This document shows, one piece after another, positions 38,877-48,033 of a DNA stretch of 64,000 nt (position 1 is the first letter of the stretch; the number at the start of each line of letters is the position of its first letter). The stretch lies in NCBI GenBank assembly GCA_963665295.1, contig OY762209.1:5024001-5088000 (forward strand), written 5' to 3'. Source of the stretch: Syntrophorhabdaceae bacterium (lineage in GTDB: Bacteria; Desulfobacterota; Syntrophorhabdia; Syntrophorhabdales; Syntrophorhabdaceae). The notes beneath the pieces are model-generated. The model did not search any database. It was given only the letters and a program-made list of their open reading frames with translations, and was not told the DNA's origin. Both the position numbers and the translations under genes were made by a program.

Positions 38877-39794
38877 TTACTGAGGCTTCCCTTTCCCCGC
38901 GAGGTGGGTTACCTGGGCTCTCAGGTTCAAAAGGTACGGGCCCTCGGGCTGCTTTATCCCCTTATTGGTGTCGTACTGTTCCGCCTTTATCCTTGCGACC
39001 GCGCGGTCTATGTCGCCTTCTTCCGTCTTCAGGGCCTCGTATACCCTTTCCTTGAAACGGACCGCCTCAACAAGAGACCGGTCGAAGAAAGCCTTGACCT
39101 CGTCTTTTCCCACAACGACGATGCGGTGGCCCTGGCAAAGGACTTCCGTGTCGAGGCGGGCAAGGCGCGTGAGGGAAGAAAAGTACGCATCATAGTCGGA
39201 AAGGAACTCGGTAATAATGGCGCCCGTGGCGTCGAGAGCCCCCGATGCCTCCGCGGAGAGCAGTATCTTTTCACCGGGGATATAATAGCTCATGTGGTCC
39301 CTCGTATGACCCGGAGTAGCGAAGACTTCAACGGTCGAGCCTGCCTCCGGCCGGATGACCTGCCCGTCTTCGACCTCCATGTCAACTTCGAAGGGACGAA
39401 AGGGTTCGTCTATCAGTTTCGAGGAATCCACCTCAGGGAAGGACGCCACGATGGGCCTGGTACTTTCGTTCAGTTCCGCCATGAGTTCCAGGGCGCGGGG
39501 CCGCTTGAAGACTTCCGCCGCCCTCCGGGACGCCGCCACCTTGAGAGACGGGAACGCGTCTTTGAGGTAAGCGACCGCTCCGCAATGGTCCCAATGACTG
39601 TGGCTGATAAGGAGCAACCAGGGCTGTCTTTTACCGAGGACGGCCCTGATGGCCTCCACATAGAGCCTCCCGCCCGGCGTAATGCCCGCGTCGAAGAGCA
39701 CGGGCCTTTCCCCGTCAAGAAGATGGACGGGATAAGAAGCAAGCCCCAAAATGTAAAAGTGGTCCTTTATAAGGCCCGTTGTCGTAAAAAGCAT
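38877..39794 (-). CDS. MBL-fold metallo-hydrolase
   Basis: LFDAG, SHSHWDHCG, TPGHT.D, LCQGH. Confidence 0.88.
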   Translation of the reverse strand: MLFTTTGLIKDHFYILGLASYPVHLLDGERPVLFDAGITPGGRLYVEAIRAVLGKRQPWLLLISHSHWDHCGAVAYLKDAFPSLKVAASRRAAEVFKRPRALELMAELNESTRPIVASFPEVDSSKLIDEPFRPFEVDMEVEDGQVIRPEAGSTVEVFATPGHTRDHMSYYIPGEKILLSAEASGALDATGAIITEFLSDYDAYFSSLTRLARLDTEVLCQGHRIVVVGKDEVKAFFDRSLVEAVRFKERVYEALKTEEGDIDRAVARIKAEQYDTNKGIKQPEGPYLLNLRAQVTHLAGKGKPQ

Positions 39795-39922
39795 GATTCA
39801 CCTTCCTTATGCCCGCCCCCCCCGGAGTTCCCTCATATAACTTATAGTCCGTCACCATGGGACCGGCAATACGTCCCGCCCGGTTGCCTTCCACGCTCCG
39901 GGCATCCATGCCGCAGCCCTCA

Positions 39923-40552
39923 TTACTTTCTTATCACTGCCCACAACCCGCCGTCGGATATTACCTCCACATGTCCTTCCGCCGCGCCGCCCTTCGCCGC
40001 TTTCCGTATGTGGTCCGGCGTAATCGCCGTCTTCCCGATCCTCCGATTGAGGTCCCTTGATTCCTCCCCGATGGCGTCAATGACGGGCTGGGGCGTGTAT
40101 TTTCCGAACCCTCCCCCTACAAAGGCGACCCCGCCAGTATCGAGAACCCGGTATATGGCCGGTAGATCCACGGAAAAGAGGGAGGGGAAAAAGAAGGCCC
40201 CCCGGAAGACGATAAGGTCGATCGCATTATCCCTTATACACGCCAGGGAAGGGTCCGTTTCGATCACGTCGATTCCGTCTGCCACCTTTCGCCTCTTTAT
40301 TTCCTGTTGGAAAAACCCCGGCATACCCTTGGGGAAAGCGGCGATAAGGAAGCTGTCCCCTATCCCTTTGTCCTTAAGATCAATGGCAATCCCTGAAAAA
40401 GGCCCCATGTCGACGACCTTGCCGCGGCTTCGGCCATAGGCTTCCCCCACATGTTCCGCGAGATAGGGACAAACCGGTTCCCAGAGGCGGTCTATCCTCT
40501 GTATAAGACCCGGTATGGAAGAACTGTCGGGCATCGGTTCACTTTCATTCAT
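39923..40552 (-). CDS. Class I SAM-dependent methyltransferase-like protein
   Basis: Degenerate motif I VVDMGPFSG; DLIVFRGAFFF; IYRVL..GG...GGGFG. Confidence 0.7.
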   Translation of the reverse strand: MNESEPMPDSSSIPGLIQRIDRLWEPVCPYLAEHVGEAYGRSRGKVVDMGPFSGIAIDLKDKGIGDSFLIAAFPKGMPGFFQQEIKRRKVADGIDVIETDPSLACIRDNAIDLIVFRGAFFFPSLFSVDLPAIYRVLDTGGVAFVGGGFGKYTPQPVIDAIGEESRDLNRRIGKTAITPDHIRKAAKGGAAEGHVEVISDGGLWAVIRK

Positions 40553-40600
40553 AGATAATTGTCCCCTCCTTCTTTTTCAAGGCCTGCCCCGGCCCGCAAC

Positions 40601-41248
40601 TCATACCCCTCGCGCATCAGGGTCCCAGATGAGCTTGTGGAGTTGGACCTGTAACCGGACGTCGAGATGGTCCTCAATGATCCACCGGGCGAGCATGGCA
40701 AGGTCGATCCTGCCGAAAACAGGAGAAAACAAAGGGGGTTTCAAACCCGTGCGGCCCGAAAGCCCTCCGGAAAGGACGGCTTTCGCATATTCATAATCTT
40801 CCCTGTCTCCGATAACAAACTTGATTTCATCAAGGCCCGTCAACTTCGCCTGATTCTCCGGGAGGTTTTTTTCCGACTCTCCGCTCGATGGGCACTTCAC
40901 GTCAAGGATCCTCACGCACCGCTCGTCAACACAGCCGATATCCAGGCTGCCGTTCGTTTCCAGGAGGACCGTGAACCCCTGATCGAGGAGCCTCCGTATA
41001 AGCTCCGGCGTGCCTTCCTGAATCAACGGCTCCCCGCCCGTTATCTCCACAAGGGGGCACCTGTAAGAGGTCACCGCCTCTATGACGTCCGCAATTCCGA
41101 GGTGTTGCCCCTCGTTATCCGCATACCGCGTGTCGCAATAAGAACAACGAAGGTTGCACCCGGCAAGGCGGACAAACACCGAGGGCCTGCCCGCGTAGGA
41201 AGACTCCCCCTGTATGCTCATGAATATCTCATTGACTTTGAGGGTCAC
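40601..41248 (-). CDS. queE: 7-carboxy-7-deazaguanine synthase (radical SAM)
   Basis: EIF.SIQGE, FVRL.GCNLRCSYCDT, TGGEPL, ETNG, Q.QLHK; adjacent to queD. Confidence 0.92.
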   Translation of the reverse strand: MTLKVNEIFMSIQGESSYAGRPSVFVRLAGCNLRCSYCDTRYADNEGQHLGIADVIEAVTSYRCPLVEITGGEPLIQEGTPELIRRLLDQGFTVLLETNGSLDIGCVDERCVRILDVKCPSSGESEKNLPENQAKLTGLDEIKFVIGDREDYEYAKAVLSGGLSGRTGLKPPLFSPVFGRIDLAMLARWIIEDHLDVRLQVQLHKLIWDPDARGV

Positions 41249-41629
41249 CTAATCCTCCCAGTAGAAGGCGCCTGCGTCCGCGGTCTCCGAGACACCGATC
41301 TTCGAGATCCTTGCGTCTTCCGAATTGATGCGCCTGCCCAGTTCCCCATAAAGGTATCGGGCAATGTTCTCCGCCGTGGGATTAACCTTTTGAAACGGTT
41401 CGAGGTCATTGAGATGAGAGTGGTCGAGGGTTCTCAATACGTCTTCCACGCTCTCCCTGATGACACGGAAATCGACACCCATGCCCGTATCGTCAAGGGC
41501 GCGGCACCGGACATAGACCCTGATGGTCCAGTTATGCCCGTGAAGGCGGGCGCAATCTCCTTCGTAGCCCCTCAAGGCGTGGGCAGCGGAAAAACTGGTT
41601 TCCGTGTAGATTTCATACAGACCGGGCAT
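41249..41629 (-). CDS. queD: 6-carboxy-5,6,7,8-tetrahydropterin synthase
   Basis: FSAAH.L, C..LHGHNW, DF, LDH..LN, NPTAENIA, VSET. Confidence 0.92.
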   Translation of the reverse strand: MPGLYEIYTETSFSAAHALRGYEGDCARLHGHNWTIRVYVRCRALDDTGMGVDFRVIRESVEDVLRTLDHSHLNDLEPFQKVNPTAENIARYLYGELGRRINSEDARISKIGVSETADAGAFYWED

Positions 41630-41754
41630 AAGCTCCCTTCCTTCCTTCGTCACCCTGGGGTGCCCCTATGGTGTACCATATTTTTGCTGCAATTTCTGAG
41701 ATTTTGTGGTCACCGGGTTCGGGCGGGTCCGCATTTCCGCCACGCAAATCCCCT

Positions 41755-41781
41755 TAAGCAAACCGCCCGGCCGGCCGACAA
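41755..41781 (+). promoter_or_regulatory. sigma28 (FliA) promoter of the MCP gene
   Basis: TAAG-15 bp-GCCGACAA (consensus TAAA-N15-GCCGATAA), upstream of a chemoreceptor. Confidence 0.7.
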
Positions 41782-41881
41782 CAGTATTGGTGCATGACCG
41801 GGTTCATGCGCCGGCGCAAGGGACGAAAGGGGCTCCATGGCACCAGCCCGGGAAGGTAACAAAAATAACAGGGAGGGTTTT

Positions 41882-43495
41882 ATGACTTTGCAGAACGTGC
41901 GCATCGGGAAAAGGCTCGTGGGAGGATATCTCATATTCATCGTGATTATGCTGGTCCTTTGCATCATAAGCTTCAAGAACGCGAGTGACGTCAACAACAA
42001 AGCGAATGAAATCACCAACATCACCTTTGAAAAGGCGATGCTCGCAAATACCACCCTTATAAACCTGCAAACTATCGACAAAGAAATGATGAAGGCCGTA
42101 TACACAAAAGACAAAGCACCCCTGCAGGTGGTGGCGGAAAGCAGAAAACAATATCGGGCTTCCCTCGAAAAGATCGAACAGATGGAAACGACTCAGCAAG
42201 GCAAGGAGATCATCGCCAAACTCAAGACCGCCGTTGCGGAGGGCAGAGAGTCGAACATGAAGCTCGCCAAAATGCTGGACGAAAACAACTGGACCGAAGC
42301 AGTTCCCTTCTACCACGCGAATGTCGAGCCCCCGATCAAGAAATTCCTCCAGATCGTGGGCGAGCTCGCAAGATACCAGGGACAGGGCGTCCAGCAGAAG
42401 TACACGGAGATCCTGCAGGGTAACCAGCGCGTCCGGATATTGCTCGTTACCGTGGGGGTGATCTCTCTCATCCTCTGCGTGGTGGTCAGCTTCGTGCTCA
42501 CCCGTAGTATCGTGGTGCCCATCCAGAAGAACATCGAGGTAGCGAAGACCCTCGCCGAAGGCAACCTGTCCGTGGACATTATCACGGACCGCAAGGATGA
42601 ATTCGGCGATGAGATGCGGGCATTCAAACTCATGGTGGAAAAATGGAAGGTCCTCATTACCGAGGTCAAGGGCTCCGCCGCGAGCGTTGCCTCCGCGAGC
42701 CACGAACTGAGCGCGAGCGCAGAGCAGTTGGCCGGCGGTGCGTCGGCCCAGGTAGAGCGGACCATCCAGGTATCCACCGCCTCTGAACAGATGTCCCAAG
42801 CTTCTCTCGATATTGCCAAGAATGCGAACAATATATCCGATTCGGCAAAAGACATGGTCAGCACGGCGCAGAACGGTAACGGGATTGTGGCGAAATCGGT
42901 GGAAGAAGTGAAGGAGATCGCGAGGACGGTCCACAAATCGGCGGACTTCGTAAAAGAACTCGGGGATCAGTCGGGAAAGATAGGCGAGATAGTCCTCGTC
43001 ATCAATGAAATCGCCGACCAGACAAACCTCCTCGCCCTGAACGCGGCCATTGAGGCGGCTCGGGCGGGTGAAGCAGGCAGGGGCTTTGCAGTGGTGGCCG
43101 ATGAAGTAAAGAAGCTTGCCGAGAGGACGAGCAAGTCGACCCAGGAGATCGGCGGCATGATCAATGCCATAAAGTCGGGCGTGGACCGGGCAGTGGAATC
43201 CATGGGAGAGGCCTCGGAAAAGGTGAAGACCGGCGTACAGCTTTCCAGCGAGGCAGGCATGGCCCTGAGCGAGATCGTAAGCAGTTCCTCCAACCTTCAA
43301 TCCATGGTGCAGCAGATTGCCACGGCCATAGAAGAAATGAACTCCACCACGGATGAAATAGCGAAAGACATAGAACAGGTTGCCGCCGTGACAAGGGACT
43401 CTTCGAGCGCGGCGGAACAGGTGACCCATGCGGCCCTCGATCTCTCCACCCTGTCCGTCACCCTGGAAAACTCCGTAAGCGGGTTCAAGGTGTAA
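41882..43495 (+). CDS. Methyl-accepting chemotaxis protein (4HB sensor, HAMP)
   Basis: Two TM segments, HAMP (GNL..DEFG), [41 protein letters not shown]. Confidence 0.95.
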   Translation: MTLQNVRIGKRLVGGYLIFIVIMLVLCIISFKNASDVNNKANEITNITFEKAMLANTTLINLQTIDKEMMKAVYTKDKAPLQVVAESRKQYRASLEKIEQMETTQQGKEIIAKLKTAVAEGRESNMKLAKMLDENNWTEAVPFYHANVEPPIKKFLQIVGELARYQGQGVQQKYTEILQGNQRVRILLVTVGVISLILCVVVSFVLTRSIVVPIQKNIEVAKTLAEGNLSVDIITDRKDEFGDEMRAFKLMVEKWKVLITEVKGSAASVASASHELSASAEQLAGGASAQVERTIQVSTASEQMSQASLDIAKNANNISDSAKDMVSTAQNGNGIVAKSVEEVKEIARTVHKSADFVKELGDQSGKIGEIVLVINEIADQTNLLALNAAIEAARAGEAGRGFAVVADEVKKLAERTSKSTQEIGGMINAIKSGVDRAVESMGEASEKVKTGVQLSSEAGMALSEIVSSSSNLQSMVQQIATAIEEMNSTTDEIAKDIEQVAAVTRDSSSAAEQVTHAALDLSTLSVTLENSVSGFKV

Positions 43496-43764
43496 AAGAC
43501 CGGGAACACCCGGGTTGTGATGTTCCAGGAGGGCCTCAGCGCAGTTGCGGAGGCCCTCCTGTCCGTTCCCGTCCGCGGTATTCTCCAGCAGCCCGGAGGA
43601 CATCCGCCAGAATAACTTGCATTTTTTTTTGCTTTGTGCGATACTATATCACGAAGTCGTACCGGAACTGGTTGTTAGTAGTAACCGCAGAAATGAACGT
43701 TTTTGTCGTCTCTTCGTAACTCAACTCCGTATGCTTCAAATTCTAAATAAAGAGGTATGTCTAC

Positions 43765-43965
43765 ATGGCAAAAGGTACAGTGAAGTGGTTCAACGATGCA
43801 AAGGGTTTCGGCTTTATCACGAAAGATGACGGATCGGATGTATTTGTCCATTATTCCGCGATCAAGACTGACGGCTTCAAATCCCTCACCGAGGGCGACG
43901 AAGTGAATTTTGACGTAGTGAGCGGCCCCAAAGGCCCCGCTGCTGCGAACGTAGTAAGAGGCTAG
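43765..43965 (+). CDS. Cold-shock protein (CspA family)
   Basis: GTVKWFN..KGFGFI, DVFVHYS, GPKGP.A.NV; long 5' leader after TTGCAT-17-GATACT. Confidence 0.96.
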   Translation: MAKGTVKWFNDAKGFGFITKDDGSDVFVHYSAIKTDGFKSLTEGDEVNFDVVSGPKGPAAANVVRG

Positions 43966-43978
43966 ACTTAGTCCTCTG

Positions 43979-44015
43979 GAGCAGGTCTGGACCCGTTCAG
44001 ACCTGCTCTTTTTTT
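43979..44015 (+). terminator. Rho-independent terminator
   Basis: GAGCAGGTCTG/CAGACCTGCTC stem + T7. Confidence 0.88.
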
Positions 44016-44351
44016 ATCTACCCGCCGAACATCTTGAATTCCACCTTCATCCCTATCTTCTCTCCGCACAGGACGGACCCGAAACGCCGTCGGTCGCATG
44101 GAAAAAACACCCGAGCAGGAAAATACGCGAACACCCCACCCTCCGCTGTGGCATAGTCTCCCACTGGCGCTGACTTAAACAGAGGGCGACCGGTAGAAGA
44201 CGGCCGGGGAGGACCGCCAATCCGGACAAAGGGCGCCCGCGCCGGAACAGGCACGGGCAGTTCTTCGTAGCTCGGAATTTTGGAATTGCGCGTGTTTCGG
44301 CTTCGTGTTATCCTGTCTTTAAAGCAAATAAACCAGTCCAGGGGGACAAGA

Positions 44352-46802
44352 ATGAGTGAGAGGACATGCGGATGTCTTTCAAATTCCAGATCAACAGGAA
44401 GATGGGCGGGGGCATGGTCGATCATCCTCTTCCTGTTTCTCGGCATGGCCGCCGGTTCCTTCCCGTTGCCGGCCTGTGCCGGGACACAGGGCCCTTCCGG
44501 TACGGACGCCCTGATCCGGGTGGAAGTAAAAGGACCGGTTGAGACCCTTGGTGTGCCCGTTTATGCCAACCTCCTCGACGGGGCGGGTAATGAATATATC
44601 CTGACCATGGCTCCCCCGGAGTATGTTGCCCGTGCGGGTCTTGCTCATCAGGTCATCGATACCGCCGTTTCCCCCGGCGCTTATTTTCTGGCCCTCGAAC
44701 GACGGAAGGGCGCGCGTGCGGCGGCCCAGGGGAAGTTTACCATAATGTTCGACGACGGACTCCGTATCCTGGTGAAGGGCGGAACCGGGACGGCCGATAG
44801 ACTGGCGTCGTTAGGCTTCGATATCAAGGCACTGCCCACTGAACCGATCGTCCTGAAGGCACCGCGCCTTGCCGTGGAGCCGAAACTCGCCCTCGCCTAT
44901 GACCAGCGCGTGGCCGACATGATCAGCCAGGTTGAAGAAGGGGCGCTTTACGAAGAGGTGGGCAACCTTTCGGGCGAGAACTTCGTCATGGTCGGAGGCA
45001 GTCCGTATACCTTCGAGACACGGCACACCGAATCAGGCATACCTATCAGGAAGGCGACGCAGTATGTGAACGAGCGCCTGACGGCGATGGGGCTCAAGGT
45101 CTCCTACAATGACTGGTCGTTGGGAGGGCTCTCGGGGCGAAACGTTGTCGGCGAAAAGACGGGCAAGGCGAAACCTACGGAGATATTCCTCATCACCTGT
45201 CATCTTGACGACATGCCCGATTCCGGTCGGGCTCCCGGCGCCGACGACAATGGCTCGGGCTGTGCGGCCCTCCTCACGGCAGCGAGGATCATGAGTTCGT
45301 CCACCTTCGATCGCACGGTGCGGTTTGTCTTCTTTACCGGCGAAGAGCAGGGGCTGTTCGGAAGCGCCATTTACGCAACAGCGGCCCACTCGGCCAATGA
45401 AGATATTGTGGCGGTCTACAACATGGACATGATCAGTTGGGACGCCGAAAACGGGCCTACCCTGAGGCTCCACACCCGCACTTCGGGCAATCCCGGCTAT
45501 AGTGCGGACCTCGCCATCGCCAATACCTTTTCCGATGTGGTCTCAACCTACGGCCTTTCAGAGAACCTTACGCCCATCATCACGTCCGACGGAGAGGAGG
45601 CGTCCGACCATTCCAGTTTCTGGGACAAGGGGTACGCCGCAATACTTGCCATCGAAGACGACTATGATGATTTCACTCCCTATTACCACACCCCCAACGA
45701 CACCCTGCAGAGTCTCAATATGGCCTACTTCACCAATTATGCCGGGGCATCCGTAGGCGCCGCCGCCCATCTCGCGATCTTGTCCGAAAGTTCGGAGACT
45801 GCGTTGCACGTCATCAGGGCAGGCACCGGTTCAGGTACGGTGACCAGCGCTCCCGCGGGCATCCGTTGCGGGTCCGCATGCTCGGCTTCCTTTACCCCGG
45901 GCACTTCCGTAACCCTTACCGCCGCGCCTTCCAGAGGATCGGCCTTTGCCGGCTGGTCGGGAGGATGTGCCGGTTCGTCCGCCTCGTGCACGGTTGTCGT
46001 GAACGGCGAGATAGGGGTGACCGCTACCTTCGAAAAGGAGTACAAATTCACCGCCGCAAAGAAGAAGGTGAACGCCGGTGATGGAACGATCACCTCCGCC
46101 GACGGCGAGATCAATTGCGGGACCACGTGCAGTACCCTGTACCATGCCAATACTCTTGTCACCCTCTTCGCGGTTCCTGTGGACTATTCCACTTTCGCGG
46201 GATGGAGCAGTCCCTGCTCGGGAACGGATCCGTGCAATGTGACTATAGACAAGGCAATGACGGTGCGCGCGACCTTTGTGGGACCGCAAACATTGACAGT
46301 GCGGAAACAAAAGGTAAGTAACGGCACCGGAGCAATCACCAGCGATCCGCCCGGCATAAGCTGCGGCACGGATTGCTCATCCGCCTCCTGGAAACAGTTT
46401 CTCTTTCAGCAGCAGGTGACCCTCACCGCCGTCGCAGATGAGGGTTCCGTCTTCTCCGGATGGTCCCCCTCCTCCATATGTTCGGGCACAGGGACGTGCG
46501 CGGTCACCATGGACAAGGCAAAAACCGTTACCGCAAAGTTTGTGGGACCCCAGATGCTCACAGTGAGGAAGGTATCAGCGAGTAAGGGAACGGGAACGGT
46601 GACAGGGCCCGGCGGCATCGACTGCGGGGAGACCTGCAAGGCGGGCTTCACCTATGACAGCGAGGTGACCCTCACCGCCGTCGCAGATGAGGGTTCCGCC
46701 TTCTCCGGATGGTCCCCTTCCTCCATATGTTCGGGCACAGGGACGTGCACGGTCACCATGGACAAAGCAAGGACCGTAACCGCAAAGTTTACCGGGGAAT
46801 AG
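44352..46802 (+). CDS. Secreted M28 family metallopeptidase with four C-terminal InlB-B-repeat-like domains
   Basis: Signal/TM segment; CHLDD, PGADDNGSG, GEEQGLFGS, NMDMI, SDHSSF, YHT..D; four G.GT.T..G..C...VTLTA...S.F.GW repeats. Confidence 0.88.
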   Translation: MSERTCGCLSNSRSTGRWAGAWSIILFLFLGMAAGSFPLPACAGTQGPSGTDALIRVEVKGPVETLGVPVYANLLDGAGNEYILTMAPPEYVARAGLAHQVIDTAVSPGAYFLALERRKGARAAAQGKFTIMFDDGLRILVKGGTGTADRLASLGFDIKALPTEPIVLKAPRLAVEPKLALAYDQRVADMISQVEEGALYEEVGNLSGENFVMVGGSPYTFETRHTESGIPIRKATQYVNERLTAMGLKVSYNDWSLGGLSGRNVVGEKTGKAKPTEIFLITCHLDDMPDSGRAPGADDNGSGCAALLTAARIMSSSTFDRTVRFVFFTGEEQGLFGSAIYATAAHSANEDIVAVYNMDMISWDAENGPTLRLHTRTSGNPGYSADLAIANTFSDVVSTYGLSENLTPIITSDGEEASDHSSFWDKGYAAILAIEDDYDDFTPYYHTPNDTLQSLNMAYFTNYAGASVGAAAHLAILSESSETALHVIRAGTGSGTVTSAPAGIRCGSACSASFTPGTSVTLTAAPSRGSAFAGWSGGCAGSSASCTVVVNGEIGVTATFEKEYKFTAAKKKVNAGDGTITSADGEINCGTTCSTLYHANTLVTLFAVPVDYSTFAGWSSPCSGTDPCNVTIDKAMTVRATFVGPQTLTVRKQKVSNGTGAITSDPPGISCGTDCSSASWKQFLFQQQVTLTAVADEGSVFSGWSPSSICSGTGTCAVTMDKAKTVTAKFVGPQMLTVRKVSASKGTGTVTGPGGIDCGETCKAGFTYDSEVTLTAVADEGSAFSGWSPSSICSGTGTCTVTMDKARTVTAKFTGE
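46414..46790 (+). repeat. 128-bp near-identical direct repeat (46414-46541 and 46663-46790)
   Basis: About 7 mismatches in 128 bp between the last two repeat domains. Confidence 0.9.
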
Positions 46803-46819
46803 AGAATGGGAGGCATATC

Positions 46820-46996
46820 ATAGGCAGGGAGAACGCCGGAAAGAAGATCGAGAGTCTGTGGTCGGTCTGGCGGCAAGATGACAATGGTAATGTATTCCCG
46901 GTGAGAAGCGACCTCACGGAGCAGGATGCATTGAAGCTTGTACGGGAATTCGAAGAAGAAGGCCACAAACAGACATACTGGGTGAAGCCGGCCTGA
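46820..46996 (+). CDS. Small conserved protein with W.V.RQDDNGN..F.V / FE..GHKQ.YW motif; start uncertain
   Basis: Family-like motif at the 3' end of ORF 46709-46996; GGAGG (46809-46813) precedes in-frame ATA at 46820. Confidence 0.6.
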   Translation: MGRENAGKKIESLWSVWRQDDNGNVFPVRSDLTEQDALKLVREFEEEGHKQTYWVKPA

Positions 46997-47095
46997 TATC
47001 CAGGGAGGCTTCGCCGCCGGACTGTACGGGCCTATGGCCGGTCCGAAGATCTCTCCGTCCGGAGGTCGAAGCGCGGTCCGCCTTCAAACGCGGGA

Positions 47096-47857
47096 TCAAA
47101 ACACGAACAGGTCAAGACCGCCCATCATGTTCATAATAGCGCCGGTCATGTACGCGGCTTTGTCCGATACCACCCAGGCTACGGCGTCTGCTACCTCCTG
47201 AGGAGCCGCGGGTCTGCGGAAGGCCGTCCTTCTTTCAATAGCCTGACGTGCCGGCTCGGGGAGCCGGTCATGGCAGTCTGTCGCGCTTATTCCTATAAGA
47301 ACGCTGTTCGCCGTGATATTGAACTTCGCTCCTTCCAGGGCCGCCGACTTCGCGAGGGCAATGAGACCCGCCTTGGAAGCTGCGTAACTCGACTGTCCGG
47401 CCCCGCCCATGACGCCCGCGACGGACGTCATATTGACGATACGGCCATAGTTGCCGGCGCGCATGTCGGCCCACGCCTCCTTGATGCAATAAAAGGCGGA
47501 GCTGAGACAGAGTTTTACCTCATAGTCCCACTCTTCGACGGTGGTCTTCGCTATGCTCACGTTGTGGCCCATGAGGGCCGCATTGTTTACGAGAATGTTC
47601 ACAGAACCCATTTCCGCTTTGATGGCGGCAAATCCCCTTGCCACGTCCGCCGCATCGCTCGCATCCATTTGGATGGCCAACGATTTCCGCCCCATGGCCC
47701 TGATCTCTCCGGCGAGGATCTCCGCCCCCTCCATGTGGTGAAAACCCGTTACCACCACGTCCGCCCCCTCCTTCGCAAGAGTGAGCGCGACAGACCTCCC
47801 GATGCCTTTCGGCATCGAAGCGCCCGTAACCAGTGCAAGTTTTCCTTCTAACGGCAT
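47096..47857 (-). CDS. SDR family oxidoreductase (FabG-like)
   Basis: TGAS..KGIG, LVNNA, S..G, YAASK, TG....GG; promoter TTGACA-17-TACGTT. Confidence 0.92.
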   Translation of the reverse strand: MPLEGKLALVTGASMPKGIGRSVALTLAKEGADVVVTGFHHMEGAEILAGEIRAMGRKSLAIQMDASDAADVARGFAAIKAEMGSVNILVNNAALMGHNVSIAKTTVEEWDYEVKLCLSSAFYCIKEAWADMRAGNYGRIVNMTSVAGVMGGAGQSSYAASKAGLIALAKSAALEGAKFNITANSVLIGISATDCHDRLPEPARQAIERRTAFRRPAAPQEVADAVAWVVSDKAAYMTGAIMNMMGGLDLFVF

Positions 47858-47987
47858 GGCGACCTCCTGTACAATGAATTTGTGATAGGTTCTACCTAGC
47901 GAACTTAAGTTCTTTAGAACGTATCATGACGTGCAGGAAGTGTCAAGGAGAATTGACTATCCGGGGAAAGGGGGGGATCGGAAAGAT

Positions 47988-48013
47988 TCCGGGAGGGAAG
48001 GCTCCCTCCCGGA
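47988..48013 (-). terminator. Terminator of the multicopper oxidase gene
   Basis: 11-bp perfect stem TCCGGGAGGGA/TCCCTCCCGGA followed by ATCTTT on minus strand. Confidence 0.6.
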
Positions 48014-48033
48014 TATGTGCGAGTTGACGTGGT

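Noticed and set aside
40601..41700. 7-deazaguanine DNA-modification (dpd) system or preQ1 riboswitch
   Set aside because: No dpdA/tgt-like or other dpd genes nearby and no preQ1 aptamer pattern upstream of queD; ordinary queuosine genes.
41804..43603. Long antisense ORFs (this 599-aa one, also 23446-24819, 24762-26015, 38796-40439)
   Set aside because: Shadows of real genes on the opposite strand, caused by GC-rich codon bias.
46414..46790. Diversity-generating retroelement TR/VR pair
   Set aside because: Differences are not adenine-specific, both copies are in-frame protein repeats, and no reverse transcriptase is present.
47901..47912. GAACTTAAGTTC palindrome downstream of the SDR promoter
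   Set aside because: Plausible operator, but single copy with no cognate regulator in the window.
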